64,000 bases of DNA from Vitrella brassicaformis CCMP3155. Taxonomy: Eukaryota; Protista; Chromerida. Positions 1 through 12,618 of this stretch are shown here, one piece after another. Position numbers and translations under genes: made by a program. The stretch is from assembly GCA_001179505.1 (NCBI GenBank), contig CDMY01000443.1, positions 1 through 64,000 of the forward strand, in the 5' to 3' direction. The notes beneath the pieces are model-generated. The model was given only the letters and a program-made list of their open reading frames with translations. It had not been told where the DNA came from and made no database searches. How positions within the stretch are numbered: position 1 is the stretch's first letter; the number at the start of each line of letters is the position of its first letter.

Positions 1-187
1 CCACAGACCTTACGTTGCATTGACTTAATCCTTTATCCGGGACTGACCGCCCGGCAGATCCTCTCTTCACCATTCTCCCCGACTCTCTCCCCCCTATTCT
101 GACAATTCGGAGGTCAGCAAGCATGGAATTGATCCATCGGCAGCCTCACCGGAATGCAGGCCACGCTTGTTTTCTCTTGTCATGCAG

Positions 188-1889
188 ATCAGCTGTCTGA
201 TGTACCGCCTGTCCGCACTGGACCCATCAGCACTCTCATCGCAGGTACGTACGCCAAGAGGCAGGAAGCACTCATGAAGCGACATCGGCAGAACAAGGGC
301 AGACGCACACGCCCCTGCTGCTGCTGCGTCTGTGTTTGTCACGCATGCAGGATTGTTCGCTTCACATGATAGCCGCATTGCAGCAGTATGCCAAGCTGAA
401 GGCCACGCTGAAGGCGCTTGTCAGGTCGGCCAGCTTCCCTCAGCCGCGCACTGACGCATTGGTCAGCCAAACCATCGCACGATACACGCGAATGATTCGC
501 CAATCGTGTGTCGCCAACCACGTGTCTGTTGTGCGCTGCACTGTCTTGGTCAGGCCAAGTTGAGGGACCTCCCGACCGACGCCGTGGCTCGTCTGCAGAC
601 ACCCGCAAATCTGACGGGCGTGGGCCGCCTCAGGACGACCGCGCGACTGCTCAAGAGGCACATCCGAGATGCCTTCCGCAGCCGGCTGACCGACGCCATC
701 GACAAGGCGGGTCTGACGGGCGTGGTGCGGTTCGCTCCCCAGCTGGGCGACGGCAGTGTGATGGAGGCCCTGTGGCTGATGGAGGAGGGGGGCGGCTGGG
801 GCGAGGTGGAGAAAGGGCTGCGACTGGCGGCAGAGTATTCGTACTGTCAGCTGCCCATCCTCATCGACGCCGGAGACCTGCAGAAGCACGACACAAAGAT
901 GGTGAGCACCTCACACAAGAGGGGGAGAATAGGGTGCATCGTCTGCCATGTGTCTGCGCGTGGGCTGTGTCCAGGCCTACTTGTCGATGCCCCGTGTGGC
1001 AGCCCAGTGGTTGATTGTCGGTCGGCACGTGGTCTTTTGCCGCGCTGATGGCCAGCAGAACGGCACCTTCGAGGTGTTCCGCGACCCTTCCACCAACGAG
1101 ATCCGCGCCATCCGGGACGAGCCCGAGTTCGCCCTCACCCTCAACCCACCCCTCCCCACCGATGGCGTGCATCCCTTCCAGCAGCACCCGTTCCAACAGC
1201 ACATGAAGCACGTGGTGACCATCGAGTACGCCGAGTACGCCGAGGGGGACGGGGAGTGGGTGGCAGGCTGGGCTGAATTCATCTGCGCATCGGTGAGCAC
1301 CTTCATCATGGACATGATCACCCGCCACTTCACGAGGAGTGGCTTCCAGCTCCACTTCACGGAGGTGGACATCGATCGGTACGTCATGTGATGGAACGGG
1401 ACGTAGCGTCATACATGGGTGGGAGAAGCAGAGTGTTGCCTTTCCTTGTATGTGTGTGTCCGTGTGTGTGTGTATGTAGTGGGGCGAGGGGTGGTTATTT
1501 GGACGGCCTGCTGACGCGGTCGCCCCACACATCGCTGGAGGGATGTGCAGCCGTCATGACGGAGGAGGGGGCTGATGGGACTGCGTGTCAGGTCCACGTG
1601 CTGACGGCCTCCGACGACCCATGCATAGCATGGATCACCTTCTGTGTCACAGCTTACGACCGTCAGACGGGTGAGCGGCGGGAGGGCAAAGCCAACGGCG
1701 TCTCGTGGAAGCGGGCCCTGCTGTCTGTGTGCTGCGGCAGTGAGTGTCAGTCTGTTGACCACGGAGCAGCCGGTAGGCAATCCGAGCGATCCCTTCTCGG
1801 TCAGGTGCCGGCGCTCGGCATGGCTGGCCCGGCGGTCACTTGGCCCATTCGCACGCATCTTCTCCGACGGACAGACATACGCCACCTAG
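188..1889 (+). CDS. Lineage-specific multi-exon hypothetical protein with an F-box-like N-terminal motif (5' end unresolved)
   Basis: Exons join in phase across GT-AG introns: ISCLMYRLSALDPSALSSQ | DCSLHMIAALQQ... | AKLRDLPTDAVARLQ...GVGRLRTTARLLKRHI...HDTKM | AYLSMPRVAAQWLIVGRH...DIDR | GARGGYLDGLLTRSPHTSLEG...DRQT | VSVSLLTTEQPVG...TYAT*, stop at 1887-1889. LPTD..L....LRTT resembles an F-box start. The family assignment is from recollection, not a search. Confidence 0.7.
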
Positions 1890-2331
1890 GGCTGGCTGGC
1901 TGGCTGGCACGTGCGCCAGACCACCAGTAGAGTGATATGCAGAGGGCAACGCACACATGGTGCGGAGCAGGGCGTGGGGGGCAAGCAGGTGGAATGGGGA
2001 GCAGAGGGCGGGTTTTGCTGAGGGGCTGCTGCTAGAGCGGGGGCCTTTCCACCCTCGTTGATTGCAGGGGGTGGTGGGCGGGCGTACATGCTTTGCTCGT
2101 TGCTGTCAACAGTTCACATGCGGATATGTATTCGACTGTCCAGCGCATGGACACACGGACAATCTTACCCTTAACCACCACCACCACCACATATGCAGAA
2201 GACGTACAAGCCAGAGCGTTTGACATGGACTTCACACAAGACAAGACCCGGGCTTCCGTGAAGTCGACCCCAAACCGGGGCTCCTAGGTCATGACGCATA
2301 CGTATACACATCACATGAATCAGCCAATCAG

Positions 2332-4437
2332 TCAGTCGGTCTTGTGCTGGGCGTCTGCCTTGCCCTTGGCCCCCTTCCTCTTGCCGCGATAGTTGGCGAT
2401 GTTCTCGGCACGCTGCTCCTGAACGGTGAAAAGAACATCACACAGACAGACAGGCACCCATACAGGTGAGCACACTGGCTGCCTGGCTGGCGGGTTGCTT
2501 TTTGTGTGTCTGCGAGTCTACCTACCTGTCGTTCCTTCTTGCCCTCCTCCACGGCCTTCTTGCGGTCAGCCCTGAACACACACACACACACACACACACA
2601 TATGTAGAGACAGGGAGGAAGGGAAGCACGCTCATGGGCTGTGGTGTTAGTTGTGGGTGCACTGGTCGGGTGTGCCTCACCACTGCTGGCGGCTCTTCTC
2701 CTTCTTTTTCTCCTGGGCCTTTTGGCTCTTCTTCAGGCGACTCGCGTCAGTCTGATGGCGACGGAAAAGGAGGGCGACAAGCACAGAGGCAAATAGTGTG
2801 TTTCGTGGCCGTTCTGTGGGGCAATGTCGTACCCGCACTTGTTCGCCTTGGGCCTTCTGCATGGCCCGCTCCATCGCCAACTCGGCCTCGCGACGCTGTC
2901 AGACACGACCGAGACACAGCGACGAAGAGGCGTATCTTCATTGAGTGGTCTGTGTATCTATCTGTGTGTGGGTTATACACACACACACCTTCCTCTCCTC
3001 CACGTCCGTGATGACCTCCAGCGCCTGACGCTCCTCACGAATCTGACACACACAAGTCGCGACACATACGTACATGGCACCGGATCCAGCACCAGAGCGC
3101 CATGTGTGACGGACTTACCTTTTTGAGGTCTGCCTGGATCTTTCTCTTCTTGCTGCCAGGGGCATTTGGCTGAATCACACACATCAACACATGAACGTAC
3201 GTGTGTCGTGGCCGATGCGTGTTGTGGGCAGATGGCACCTTCCCTCACTCACCTCCAGCAGTGTGTGGTCGCTCTCTGCCACGGACTTCTTGAACACAAA
3301 ATCGCCGTACTCAATGTCCTGATGACAAAAGGCATGCCAAAGGTGCGTATACAGGAAGGCATTAGCTCCTGCTTCTGACGGCCACCCACCTCTTTGATGG
3401 CTCCAGCAGCAGCAGCAGCAGCAGGAGCCTTGCTCACTTGGCGCTGTTGTTGCTGGTTGGTGTCCACTTGATCAAGCGCCTCCTTGGCTTGCTGCTCCCT
3501 CCTGTTGCGGCCCTTGCGGCCTCTCTTGGGCTCGTCCGCCTGTGCACCCGCATCCATCATCACGACACATTTGTGTTTCATGTGTGTGGGGCTTGCCTGA
3601 CCTTCCTGTCGGCCCTCTGCTTGCGCAGTACGGCATGCAGCCGCTCCCTGAGCTCCTCACGAGACACCGAACCGCCACCACGAGCTGACAACGCACACAC
3701 AGGCATACGCGTACAGTACACACAATACAAGCACATCCACATGATGTCTGTGTGGGCTTCCCCGTCTGCCCGCCATTCACTACCTCCGTGCAGCATGGGT
3801 GCCACCCCACCACCATCACCATCACCACCCTCATCCCGCTGCCTCTTCTTGCCAACCAAAGCATCACCGTTCTGGTGCTGCTCGTCGTCGTCGAACTCAA
3901 ACCCGCCCCCCTGCAGCGCCAACTGATCCCTCTTGCCGTCGGTGGCGCGCTTCATCTGTTCCTCTCTCTTCTCGGCCCTGGCGATCTGTTTGAGGTCCTT
4001 CTGGCGCTGACGCTGGTCGGCCTCGACGCGCAGGCGGATCTGCTCGGTGGTGGCCAGCAGTTGAGAGGGGTCATACTGTATCGAGGTGATAGGAAAGGCG
4101 AGGGACAATGAATGACGGGCTGGGTGCTGTTGCTGCGTGGTTGCCTTCTGTCCCTTACGCGTTGTCGTTTGAGTGTGTTGCGGTCGTCCTTGTGTGCCTT
4201 CTTTGATGACGCCTTCCCTCGGCTCACATCAGAGCTCTGAAGCATCACATGCCGCATGAATGTGCTTGAGGCGGCGTCTGCGCGTGTGTGGGGTGAGCAT
4301 GATCACACTCTCACCTCTTGGTTGTCTGTGCTCGTTCGCGAGATGCTGCCACCGCCTTTGATGTAGTGATCTGCCGGGACGAGATTCACAAAGGAATCGA
4401 AGAACGTCAGCGTCTTGTACACATCCACCATACTCAT
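2332..4437 (-). CDS. SURF6: SURF6/RRP14 nucleolar ribosome-biogenesis protein
   Basis: N-terminal exon MSMVDVYKTLTFFDSFVNLVPADHY (RRP14-N FD.L..L.PA..Y). Central EELRERLHAVLRKQRADRK. Spliced C-terminus AMERAMQKAQGEQVR-TDASRLKKSQKAQEKKKEKSRQQW-ADRKKAVEEGKKERQ-EQRAENIANYR, typical of the SURF6 domain. Stop TGA at 2332-2334. Confidence 0.85.
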
Positions 4438-5016
4438 ACGGGGAACAAGAAGACGCCTCAAAAAAACACAGAGATCGTCGAAGTCAAGCTCGCACCTTCT
4501 CGAGCAATTCTGAGAAACCGCTCTCTCTCTCTCGAGCAATTGCAAGCAGCATGAGGTGAACTGACGCTTAGCCGTCTGGCAACTCCTGATTCATGAAACG
4601 CAACATACATGCAGCGCCACGCACCTGAGGAGTGAGTCAGTCTGCACAGCCACGCTAGAATACAGCGTCCATCGATAGCCACACATGCACAGATAAGCAC
4701 GTATATGAATGCGTCCATCCATCCTTCTCAGATAGATACTGGCAACCACTCTCTATACAGCCAGCGATTGATCGATTGATCGACTGATTCATTGCATTCA
4801 TTGCAGCCATCCATCCATTAATCCAGAAACACAGCCACTCGCAACCATTGCATTCATCTGCCTGTGTCCGTTTGTATGCACCAAAAACAGCAGCCATTCA
4901 ATGCATATGAATGCGACAGCTGAGGCACACCACACCACACCACACCACACCGCCAATCAACATTCACTCAATCCCCCCCCCTCCAATTCTCTTCTTCCCC
5001 CTGAGCATCTCGTCCA

Positions 5017-7083
5017 TCAGCCGGCCTTCTGTGGCCGCCGTCTCTCCTGGACGGCGGCCCAGTACCCGCCGTTGAGCCCCTTGCCCGCCCGCCGTGGTGC
5101 CTTGCGGTCGGGAGAGGACGCCTCGCCATCACTGTCGCTGCTGTCGTCGCTCTCCTCGGCCATCTCGGCTCGCTTCCTGCGGCGGGCGGGGGAGGGGGAC
5201 CGGCTGGGCGGATACCGAATCGCATCGGGCTGCAGATACTGCAGAAATGGACAACAGCTGGTCGGTCGCCAGTTGTCGGATGGTGGGGGTGTCTGTGTGT
5301 GGGGTGTGGGGTGTGTGGGTGGGTTGCTTACGGCCGCCTCGACGAAGTTTTTGATGACGCGGTCCAACATGCCCACCTCGGCAGCCAACAACGCCTGGCA
5401 GTAGTCGCACGTCGTCAACTGCCCGCCGCTGCTGCTGGCGCCAGACGAACCCACCGGACCGTCATACTGAGCTATCCTGAACCAACCAACCACGCACGGC
5501 AATTCATGACACACACCCATGTGTCTGTTGCGCAAGGCAGCGTGGCGTGACGTACGTTCCAGATTCGTCCTTGATGTAGTTGCGGCTGTTGGGCACGCAC
5601 GCGCATGTGGGTTTCTCCTGCCACTTGGCGAAATCGACGGTCTTGCGCAGGCCCACGATGCTCCGCTTGTGGTGCCGCGCCTTGCGAGTCGCCTTGCACC
5701 CGTCGCAACACATCGGCCAATCCTGCACACAGAGGCCGACAGACAGACACACAGGTAGACACACAGACATACAGATTCCACCATGTGGGTGTGTGGGGGT
5801 TACCTTCAGGTCTTTGAGACGGCATAGCTCGTGGTGTGTGGTGAGTCCCCTGACGGACGCGAGTGCCATCTTGTAGGCGATGCACCAGCGGCAGTTGTGG
5901 ACATACAGGGGCTCGTCCTCCTTGTGCGTCTTGGGGTCGTACTCGACCACGCACTTCTCGCAGTAGCCCCCGTTGCACCCGTCGCACACGATGCCGTCCA
6001 AACTGTGCTTGCCGCAAAACCCACACGAGTGCAACCAATCCTGCAATCACGACACGCAACGCAACACGCAGTGAGAGTCCTGATGTGTGTTGTCGTTGTG
6101 GATGGGTGGATTGTCTTACGAATGGCATGTCCGCTGCTTCGGGTGCCTTCCAAATGGAATCGCTCAACGTCGCTACCAAGTTGCTCAACGGCACCTGCAT
6201 CATGGACACAGACACAGCAGATGGATGACGTGCAGTCACACAAAAGGCGATCTGCGGGAGTGTTGTGTGCTTACGAGGAAGTGCCAATGCCTCTGGGGGA
6301 TCAACACGCTATTCGTCACAACCTCTATCCCAACCTACACACACACAACACACAGCGAGAGAGATACACACACGGCAATCAGTACTTGCATTGGATCGTG
6401 CAGGCTCACCTTGTCCGCCACCTCCTGTGCGTGTCTTTTGTGTTTGTCCGACGTGAGGAGGAAGAAGGTGTATCCCTTGGCCTCAAGGGCCTCCCTCACG
6501 TCATGCGTCAACAGCTCCACTACGCTCTCCATGTTGTTGCTGCACGGATCGCACAAACCATCTACTAACGCCTGATTGATGGGACAAAAGAACCAACACC
6601 ATGCACACAGGGAGAAAAATGCGTGGCTCCCTCTCTATGTGTGTGTGTTTGTGTGATGCTCACCTTGAGTGCAGGCTCTGTTTCGGTGGGCAGGGAGTCG
6701 CCCTCAGCCGTCCCGATGATACCAAACTGCAAGCCAAGCACACCCATCCGATGCCTCCATCAATCATCCCTCTGTTGGCCTGCCAGCAACTTGCCTTACC
6801 TTAATGCCGACTATCTGCCCCAGCCACGTGGCGAGGTCCCTGAACTGCGCCGTGAGCTCGTCCATCTTGGCGTCGCGATGGAATCCGATAGAACCGTTAC
6901 GCACACCCATGATGACCTATCAGACACACATACATAGACACAAGGAAGGCTGTCGGTTTGTCTGGATGGTAGAAAGGTCTTTCCGTTGGTGTAGCGGGCC
7001 CACCTGCTGGAAGTCTGGCACTCGAGCAAGCCTACGACCGCTCTGCACCTCATCAGCCGACGCACCGAAATCCTCCAACCTGA

Positions 7084-7118
<35 letters not shown>

Positions 7119-7893
7119 AACGCGCACACGTGTCCGTGCTATGTTTGTGTACGCAATCAATAAATAAGCCACTCGTTCGCTCACCGTGGCCAGTATGGTG
7201 AGTTTTTGTCGGTGACGTACATGACCCACACGTTGCCCCTGCGGTAGGCCTCGGTCTGCGCACTCCGCGACTTGCTGCCCCGCTGCCCGATGGCCTTGAG
7301 CATGGTCGTCTTGGCCTCGAAGTAGCACGGCTCACCACCAGCCACGCCGTCATTCACCTTGTACCTAAACACCACAACATGAACTTTCATCATGCGCATG
7401 ATGTGCAGACACAGTGGTCACTTACCCGCCCCAAGGGACCATTGGATACATCTGTTTGCCCGACGTGGCGTCCACCAGGGCAGCGAAGCCCGTATTCTGC
7501 GCGTCAACCGAGTGCTGCCCCAGGATGACGCTGTCCGCCACCGCCATCTGCTTGGCCGATGCCCGAGAGGCGTAGAGGCGCTCCTCTATCTGCTTCAGCT
7601 GCACATTGACGAAGGGCAAATCAAACACGGCCTCCGACTTGTCCAGCCAATACGATGGAGGCACAGCAGGTACAGCAGGTGCCTGAAACACCACACGACA
7701 CACCCCACACACCAACACATTGGGACAGTTTTCCCGCATGCATCCCATCTGCCTGCTGTGCATTCACCACTGGTGTGTGTAGGTGTGTAGTGCGCACCTG
7801 GATGGCCTCTTGAGCATGGTCATGTTGGGCGTCTGCCGCCGGTGCGGGAGGGTCCTGTGGCGGGTCCGCGGCAGGTTGCTCCACCTCCATCAT
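5017..7893 (-). CDS. Divergent JmjC-domain (2OG/Fe(II)) protein with C-terminal all-Cys PHD/ADD-like zinc finger
   Basis: Spliced sequence PDFQQ|VIMGVRNGSIGFHRDAKMDELTAQFRDLATWLGQIVGIK|IIG...IEVVTNSVLIPQRHWHFL|VPLSNLVAT follows the JmjC pattern (..MG..GS...H.D...aW...l.G.K....vlvP..wwH.V.Nl). It is followed by CGFC-x9-CDGC-x4-CEKC-x19-CRWC and an acidic/basic tail ending at 5017. Confidence 0.75.
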
Positions 7894-8077
7894 GACAGAA
7901 GATGAGTCAACGGTCAAGGAGCCTCTGTAGTGCCATCGTGGAGGCCTTCAGGCTTCAATTTCCTACGAGCCGATCGGCGATGGCGAGCTTGAAGTAAGCA
8001 GTGTTTCCTTGGCTTTCTCCGTCACCTCTATTCCCTTCGTCCATCGCTGAGCACCACCAGAATCCATCTTGGCAGCC

Positions 8078-10235
8078 ATGATCTGGCAGCATCTGCAGCT
8101 GTGCTGCTGGGCGGTGGTCCTGTGGATCGCATGTGTGTATGTCGCCCCGGCACACAGCATTGCGCCCTTCAAGATGCCTGTCGACGAGTCCGTGAGTGAA
8201 GATCTCAAGCAGCGGCTGTCCATGTCAAGATGGCCTTCTTCGCCGCAGGCAAGCACACGAGGGCAGCCGCCGGTGTCTGCAGACGGATGGGCGTGTGTGC
8301 GTGTGTGTGATCCGTGTTGCAGATTGGCGCGCCAGGCGAGTATGGCGTTGACTGGGGTCTGGCCAAGACGCTTGCCGCTTATTGGCGTGATGGGTTCGAT
8401 TGGTCGTCGCAGGCGGCGGCGCTCGAGTCTGTAATGCCCCAGTTCACGGTGGAGATTGAGGGACTCACCGTCCACTTCGCACACGCAAAGGCCACCGACA
8501 GGAAGAAAGGTGCGCATCGATGGCATGTGAGCAAGAGAGAGAAGGGGAGAGAGGCAGGCCGCATCTACGGTCCCCCTTTCATGTGTGAGTGCAGGTGCCA
8601 TTTTGGCTCTACATGGGTGGCCCGACGCTTTCACATCGTGTGAGCAACACATCTCTGCACATGTGTGTGTTTCTGGTACGTCGATTCATGTGCCTATCAA
8701 TCAGGTCGCAAGATTGTGCCCCTGCTGACGTCGTATGGCTATGATGTCGTGTGCCCCTCGCTCATCGGCTACGGCTTCTCCTCACCTGCGAAGGAGCCGG
8801 GAATGGGTGCTGCCAAGATGGCTTCAATCTTCGTGACACTCATGAAGGACGTCCTCAAGTACAACAAATACCTAGTTCATGGTAAGATAGACAGACACAC
8901 AGACAGAGCAGCGGCTCGCATCAAGTCACACAAGTGCTCTTCCCTCTTAGGTGGTGACTGGGGCGCTCTCATCAGCGTCTATGTGGCCGTATCGGACCCC
9001 CAGTCATGTGTTGGTCTCCACTCGACCAATTGCATCTCCAAGCCGCCCCTCAACCCCTTCGCACAGTTCCCACACGGCATCGTCCGCACCTCGCGCTTCC
9101 TCTATGAGGAGGGCTCCAAGATCGTCAAGAACGTCATCAACAGCATGACCACCGGCAGCAATGAGACCGACACCTCAGCCGCGCCAGAGGGCAAGGACGA
9201 GAGTGAGGAGAGCGTGCGGGAGCGGTCGTCTGCTATGTGGAAGGAGACCGGCTACCTGCATGAGCAGGCCACAAAGCCACACACGCTGGGGGTGGCTTTG
9301 AACGACTCGCCGGCGGGGCTCCTCGCATGGATCGTAGAGAAGTGGACGTACGCAGAGAGGAAGAAAAGGAGAGGGCAGGTGGACACGCCAGGTGCAAACG
9401 TGGTGTGTGTGTGCTTATAGGACGTGGTCTGACGTGCCGGTAAAGTCCAGCGGTGAGCGTGACTTGCTGGCGCTGTACTCGAAGGACGAGATCCTGGCGC
9501 TGGTGCACCTCTACTGGATCACTGGATCCATCACTTCATCCATCCAGGTAGGTACTTACACACGTGGGCAGACAGACAGCAACCAGCCAAGCAGCATCTG
9601 TGTGCCTGTGTGTCTGTGTGTCGCTTTATCAGCTGTACAAGGAGGAGTTCTTTGAGGGCCTGCAGACGTCGCTCCCCTACGTGGAGACGCCCACTGCGTG
9701 CGCTGTCTTCCCAAGGGAGCTGATGAAGCCACCAAAGTGAGACGAAATAAATGGATGGATGGAAGGACGTATGGATCATTGCCTCTGCTCGTCAGGTACT
9801 GGGTGGAGGGTGCATACAATCTGAAGCGATTCAACACCTTCGACAAGGTCAGTCAGACAGCTGCCAGCCAGGGGGGCTCAAAGAGAGCAACGCAGCGAAT
9901 CCGTCAAGCCGATGGTGCTTGTTTGTGGATGCGTCAGGGGGGTCATTTCGCAATGATGGAGCAGCCTGAGGCGCTCGCCAAGGTCAGCTGATAGCCACAC
10001 ACATCAATTGCCCTCATCCTCACCTTGATGTGCATCATGAGTGCAGGACATCGATGCCTTCTACACGACGTTGCTGGAGGAGGCTGAGCAGAAGGCGCGG
10101 GACGAGGCGGCCAAGAAGGAGCAGCAGGCACAACAGGCCGCAGACAAGAAGGCCCAGACCCCGGGCGAGGGTGGTGGAGGGAAGAAGAAAACAGAGGCTG
10201 AGAAGCCCAGCGGTGGAGAGCGCACCGACCTGTAG
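8078..10235 (+). CDS. Microsomal-type (EPHX1/JHEH-like) epoxide hydrolase, alpha/beta hydrolase, with signal peptide and C-terminal RTDL
   Basis: EHN-like IAPFKMPVDESVSEDLKQRLSMSRWP...YWRDGFDW...PQFTVEIEGLTVHF. Oxyanion motif LHGWP; PSLIGYGFSS; nucleophile GGDWG; ATKPHTLGVALNDSPAGLLAWIVEKW; FPRE acid; GGHFAMMEQPE His motif. Ends GGERTDL* at 10235. Confidence 0.92.
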
Positions 10236-10634
10236 GCACTGTGCAGTGTGGTGTGTGCGGCGATCGGTATTCCCAGTTCGACAGCACGTTTGTGGGTATG
10301 CTATGCGTGTGCCGAGTGCACTTTTTGCCTGTATGTATGTGGCCATGCCGTGTGTAGTCGTCTATAGTCTGCATCCGTCATGCATCGGTGTAAGTACTTT
10401 CTGCGTCAGTCGGATCGATCATGTGCAGGCAGAGTCAGCTGTGGCCGGCCTTTTTGCAATGTAATGTCGAGAACAGACACCCCTTTACGTGTGCGTGTAT
10501 GTGTTTTGTGTGTTTGGGTCTTTAAGTGTCTACTTCGTTGTAATTTCTAGGGGCACAGCTACAACGCACACCAAGCCAAACATCCGTTTAGCGCTTTATC
10601 CAAGCCAAAGAAGAATGCAGCGAACGCACCATCA

Positions 10635-12618
10635 TCACCCGCCCGCTGTCCCGTCATGTTCGAACGTCTCAAAAGACACAAACGCTCTCTCCGACTCAGC
10701 TGCCTGCCCTGCCGACCCTCCCTGGCCCAGCTGCGCCAACACGTCAGCCATCCTCTGGCGTACATCAGCAGCACTGGCCTCCTGCCGCTGCTCATGGTCT
10801 GCACTCACAGCCTCCTCTTGCTGCTGCTGCCGCGGCTGGGTAGACGGTGAGCGGAGTCTGTCGATCTCTTGCTGCCGCTCGGCCTCTCCGTGGAAGGTCC
10901 ATGCAATCACCCACCTGCAGGCCGATAGAGCAACAGAGAGAGGGATACACGTACGTCTCCCTCACCCACCCACTCGCCCACTGATTGACCGTGTCTGTTT
11001 GCCCTGGTATAGGGTGAACTCACGCCGGGCTGCGATCTGAAAGGATAGGTTGAGCAGGGTCGAGCAGCTAGCACGGGTACGAGCCGCCTGTTGTTCATGT
11101 GTCGGCACCGCGTACCCCTGCCTCTGCGAGTCTTCTCTTGATCTCTTTAAGTGTGGTCAGCCGTGCAACCAGACTCGTGTACCACCTGCATTGCAATGCA
11201 CACACAGAATAACACGGACAAGAACGTGCACCGCACAAGAAGAGAATCCCCCCGTGCGTGCATCCCGCCTACACATACACGATCTGTTTGGGCCGCTCTT
11301 GGCTCTCGGCGATCATTCTACACACGCACATTCACAATCCAGGGAGACTGCCAGCATGGAATGGCTGCCCTCACCTTGAGATGAAGCCCAGCTCGCCGCC
11401 ATCACACACGAGCTCGCTGTGGCTGCCGTCAAGCGCCTGATGGACAGACACCCAATTCGGGATGTTGTGTCTGCCCGCCGTGTCCGTACGTACCCGTTGT
11501 GGGTTGACGTGTGCCTTGTCGATGGTGTCGTGGAAGGGCGGATTGCACACACTGAAGGCAAACCTGCACACACGAACAGATGGATCGATGTCGGCTGGCT
11601 GTCATTTCAGCGCACCTCTCGTCGTCGTTCAGCACGCCCTGGAAGATGTGTGACGCATCTGCACAGCCACAGAGGGAGGTGGGGGTAAGAAATGTTGCCT
11701 TGGAGCACCAAACTCACTCACCAGTCTGCAGGCGGACATCAACCAACGGCCTCATGTCATCGTTGCGGTCAACATTGGCCTGACCCACACACAGACAGAC
11801 AGCTGTGCTGTTCAGTTTCGCTGTGCGAGCCGCCCACTTTCTCTCACCTTGGCGAGTTCCAGAGCCGCCGCATCGACCTCGGTTCCCACCATCCGCCACC
11901 CGTACAGCCGCGCACCAAGCAGAGAGTAGATGCAGTTCGCACCGATGCCACTGAAAGACAGCAAAATGACGACACAGCCAACGTGTATGAGCCGCCCCTC
12001 TCTCCCTGCTTGCTTGAGTACATGTCAACGCCTCTGACGTCAGGTCCCTTGAGTAGCGTCACATCGCTCGCATCACCTGCCTCGCTATCGGTGCCGCTGA
12101 TGAGGTCGGCCACGTAGTGGATGTAGTTGGCGCGAGAAGGCACAGGCGGGCTCAGATACCCACTGGGGATCTCCTACGCGAGAGGCAGGCAGCAGGGCAG
12201 GCAGCGATGTATGTGTGCAGGTTTGTTCACTGTCCGGATTGCACTGTGTGTACCCATCGCAGCTGGTAGCAATGAAGCAAAAGGGCGCGTGTGAGGGCCC
12301 GCAGCGCATCCGGATCTCCATGGTCGATAGAAGCGCCTCCAAACCGGTTCACGTACACACTGCGCACACAACACAAAAGCAATCAACCACAGTCAGAAGA
12401 GGGATACACTGCCTTGTCTGCCTGCCCTACTATTTGTTGAATTCCGGGAATCGCTGCCCGAGGTCAAAGTAGTCCAGGCCGTCCCTGTGCATGCTCCTGG
12501 GATGCATCCGCTCGTTGTTGCTGATCGGCGCCTGGCCTCGAGGGACCTTCTTCTGCAGACGTCGGTCGTCGCCATTTCCGCTCTCAGTTGACGCTTGAGG
12601 CTCACTCTTCCGCTTCAT
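10635..12618 (-). CDS. METTL16: METTL16/RlmF-family RNA m6A methyltransferase
   Basis: Exons give [67 protein letters not shown] (SAM motif), SVCNPPF (catalytic), [20 protein letters not shown] and TRWVIAWTF. Confidence 0.92.
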
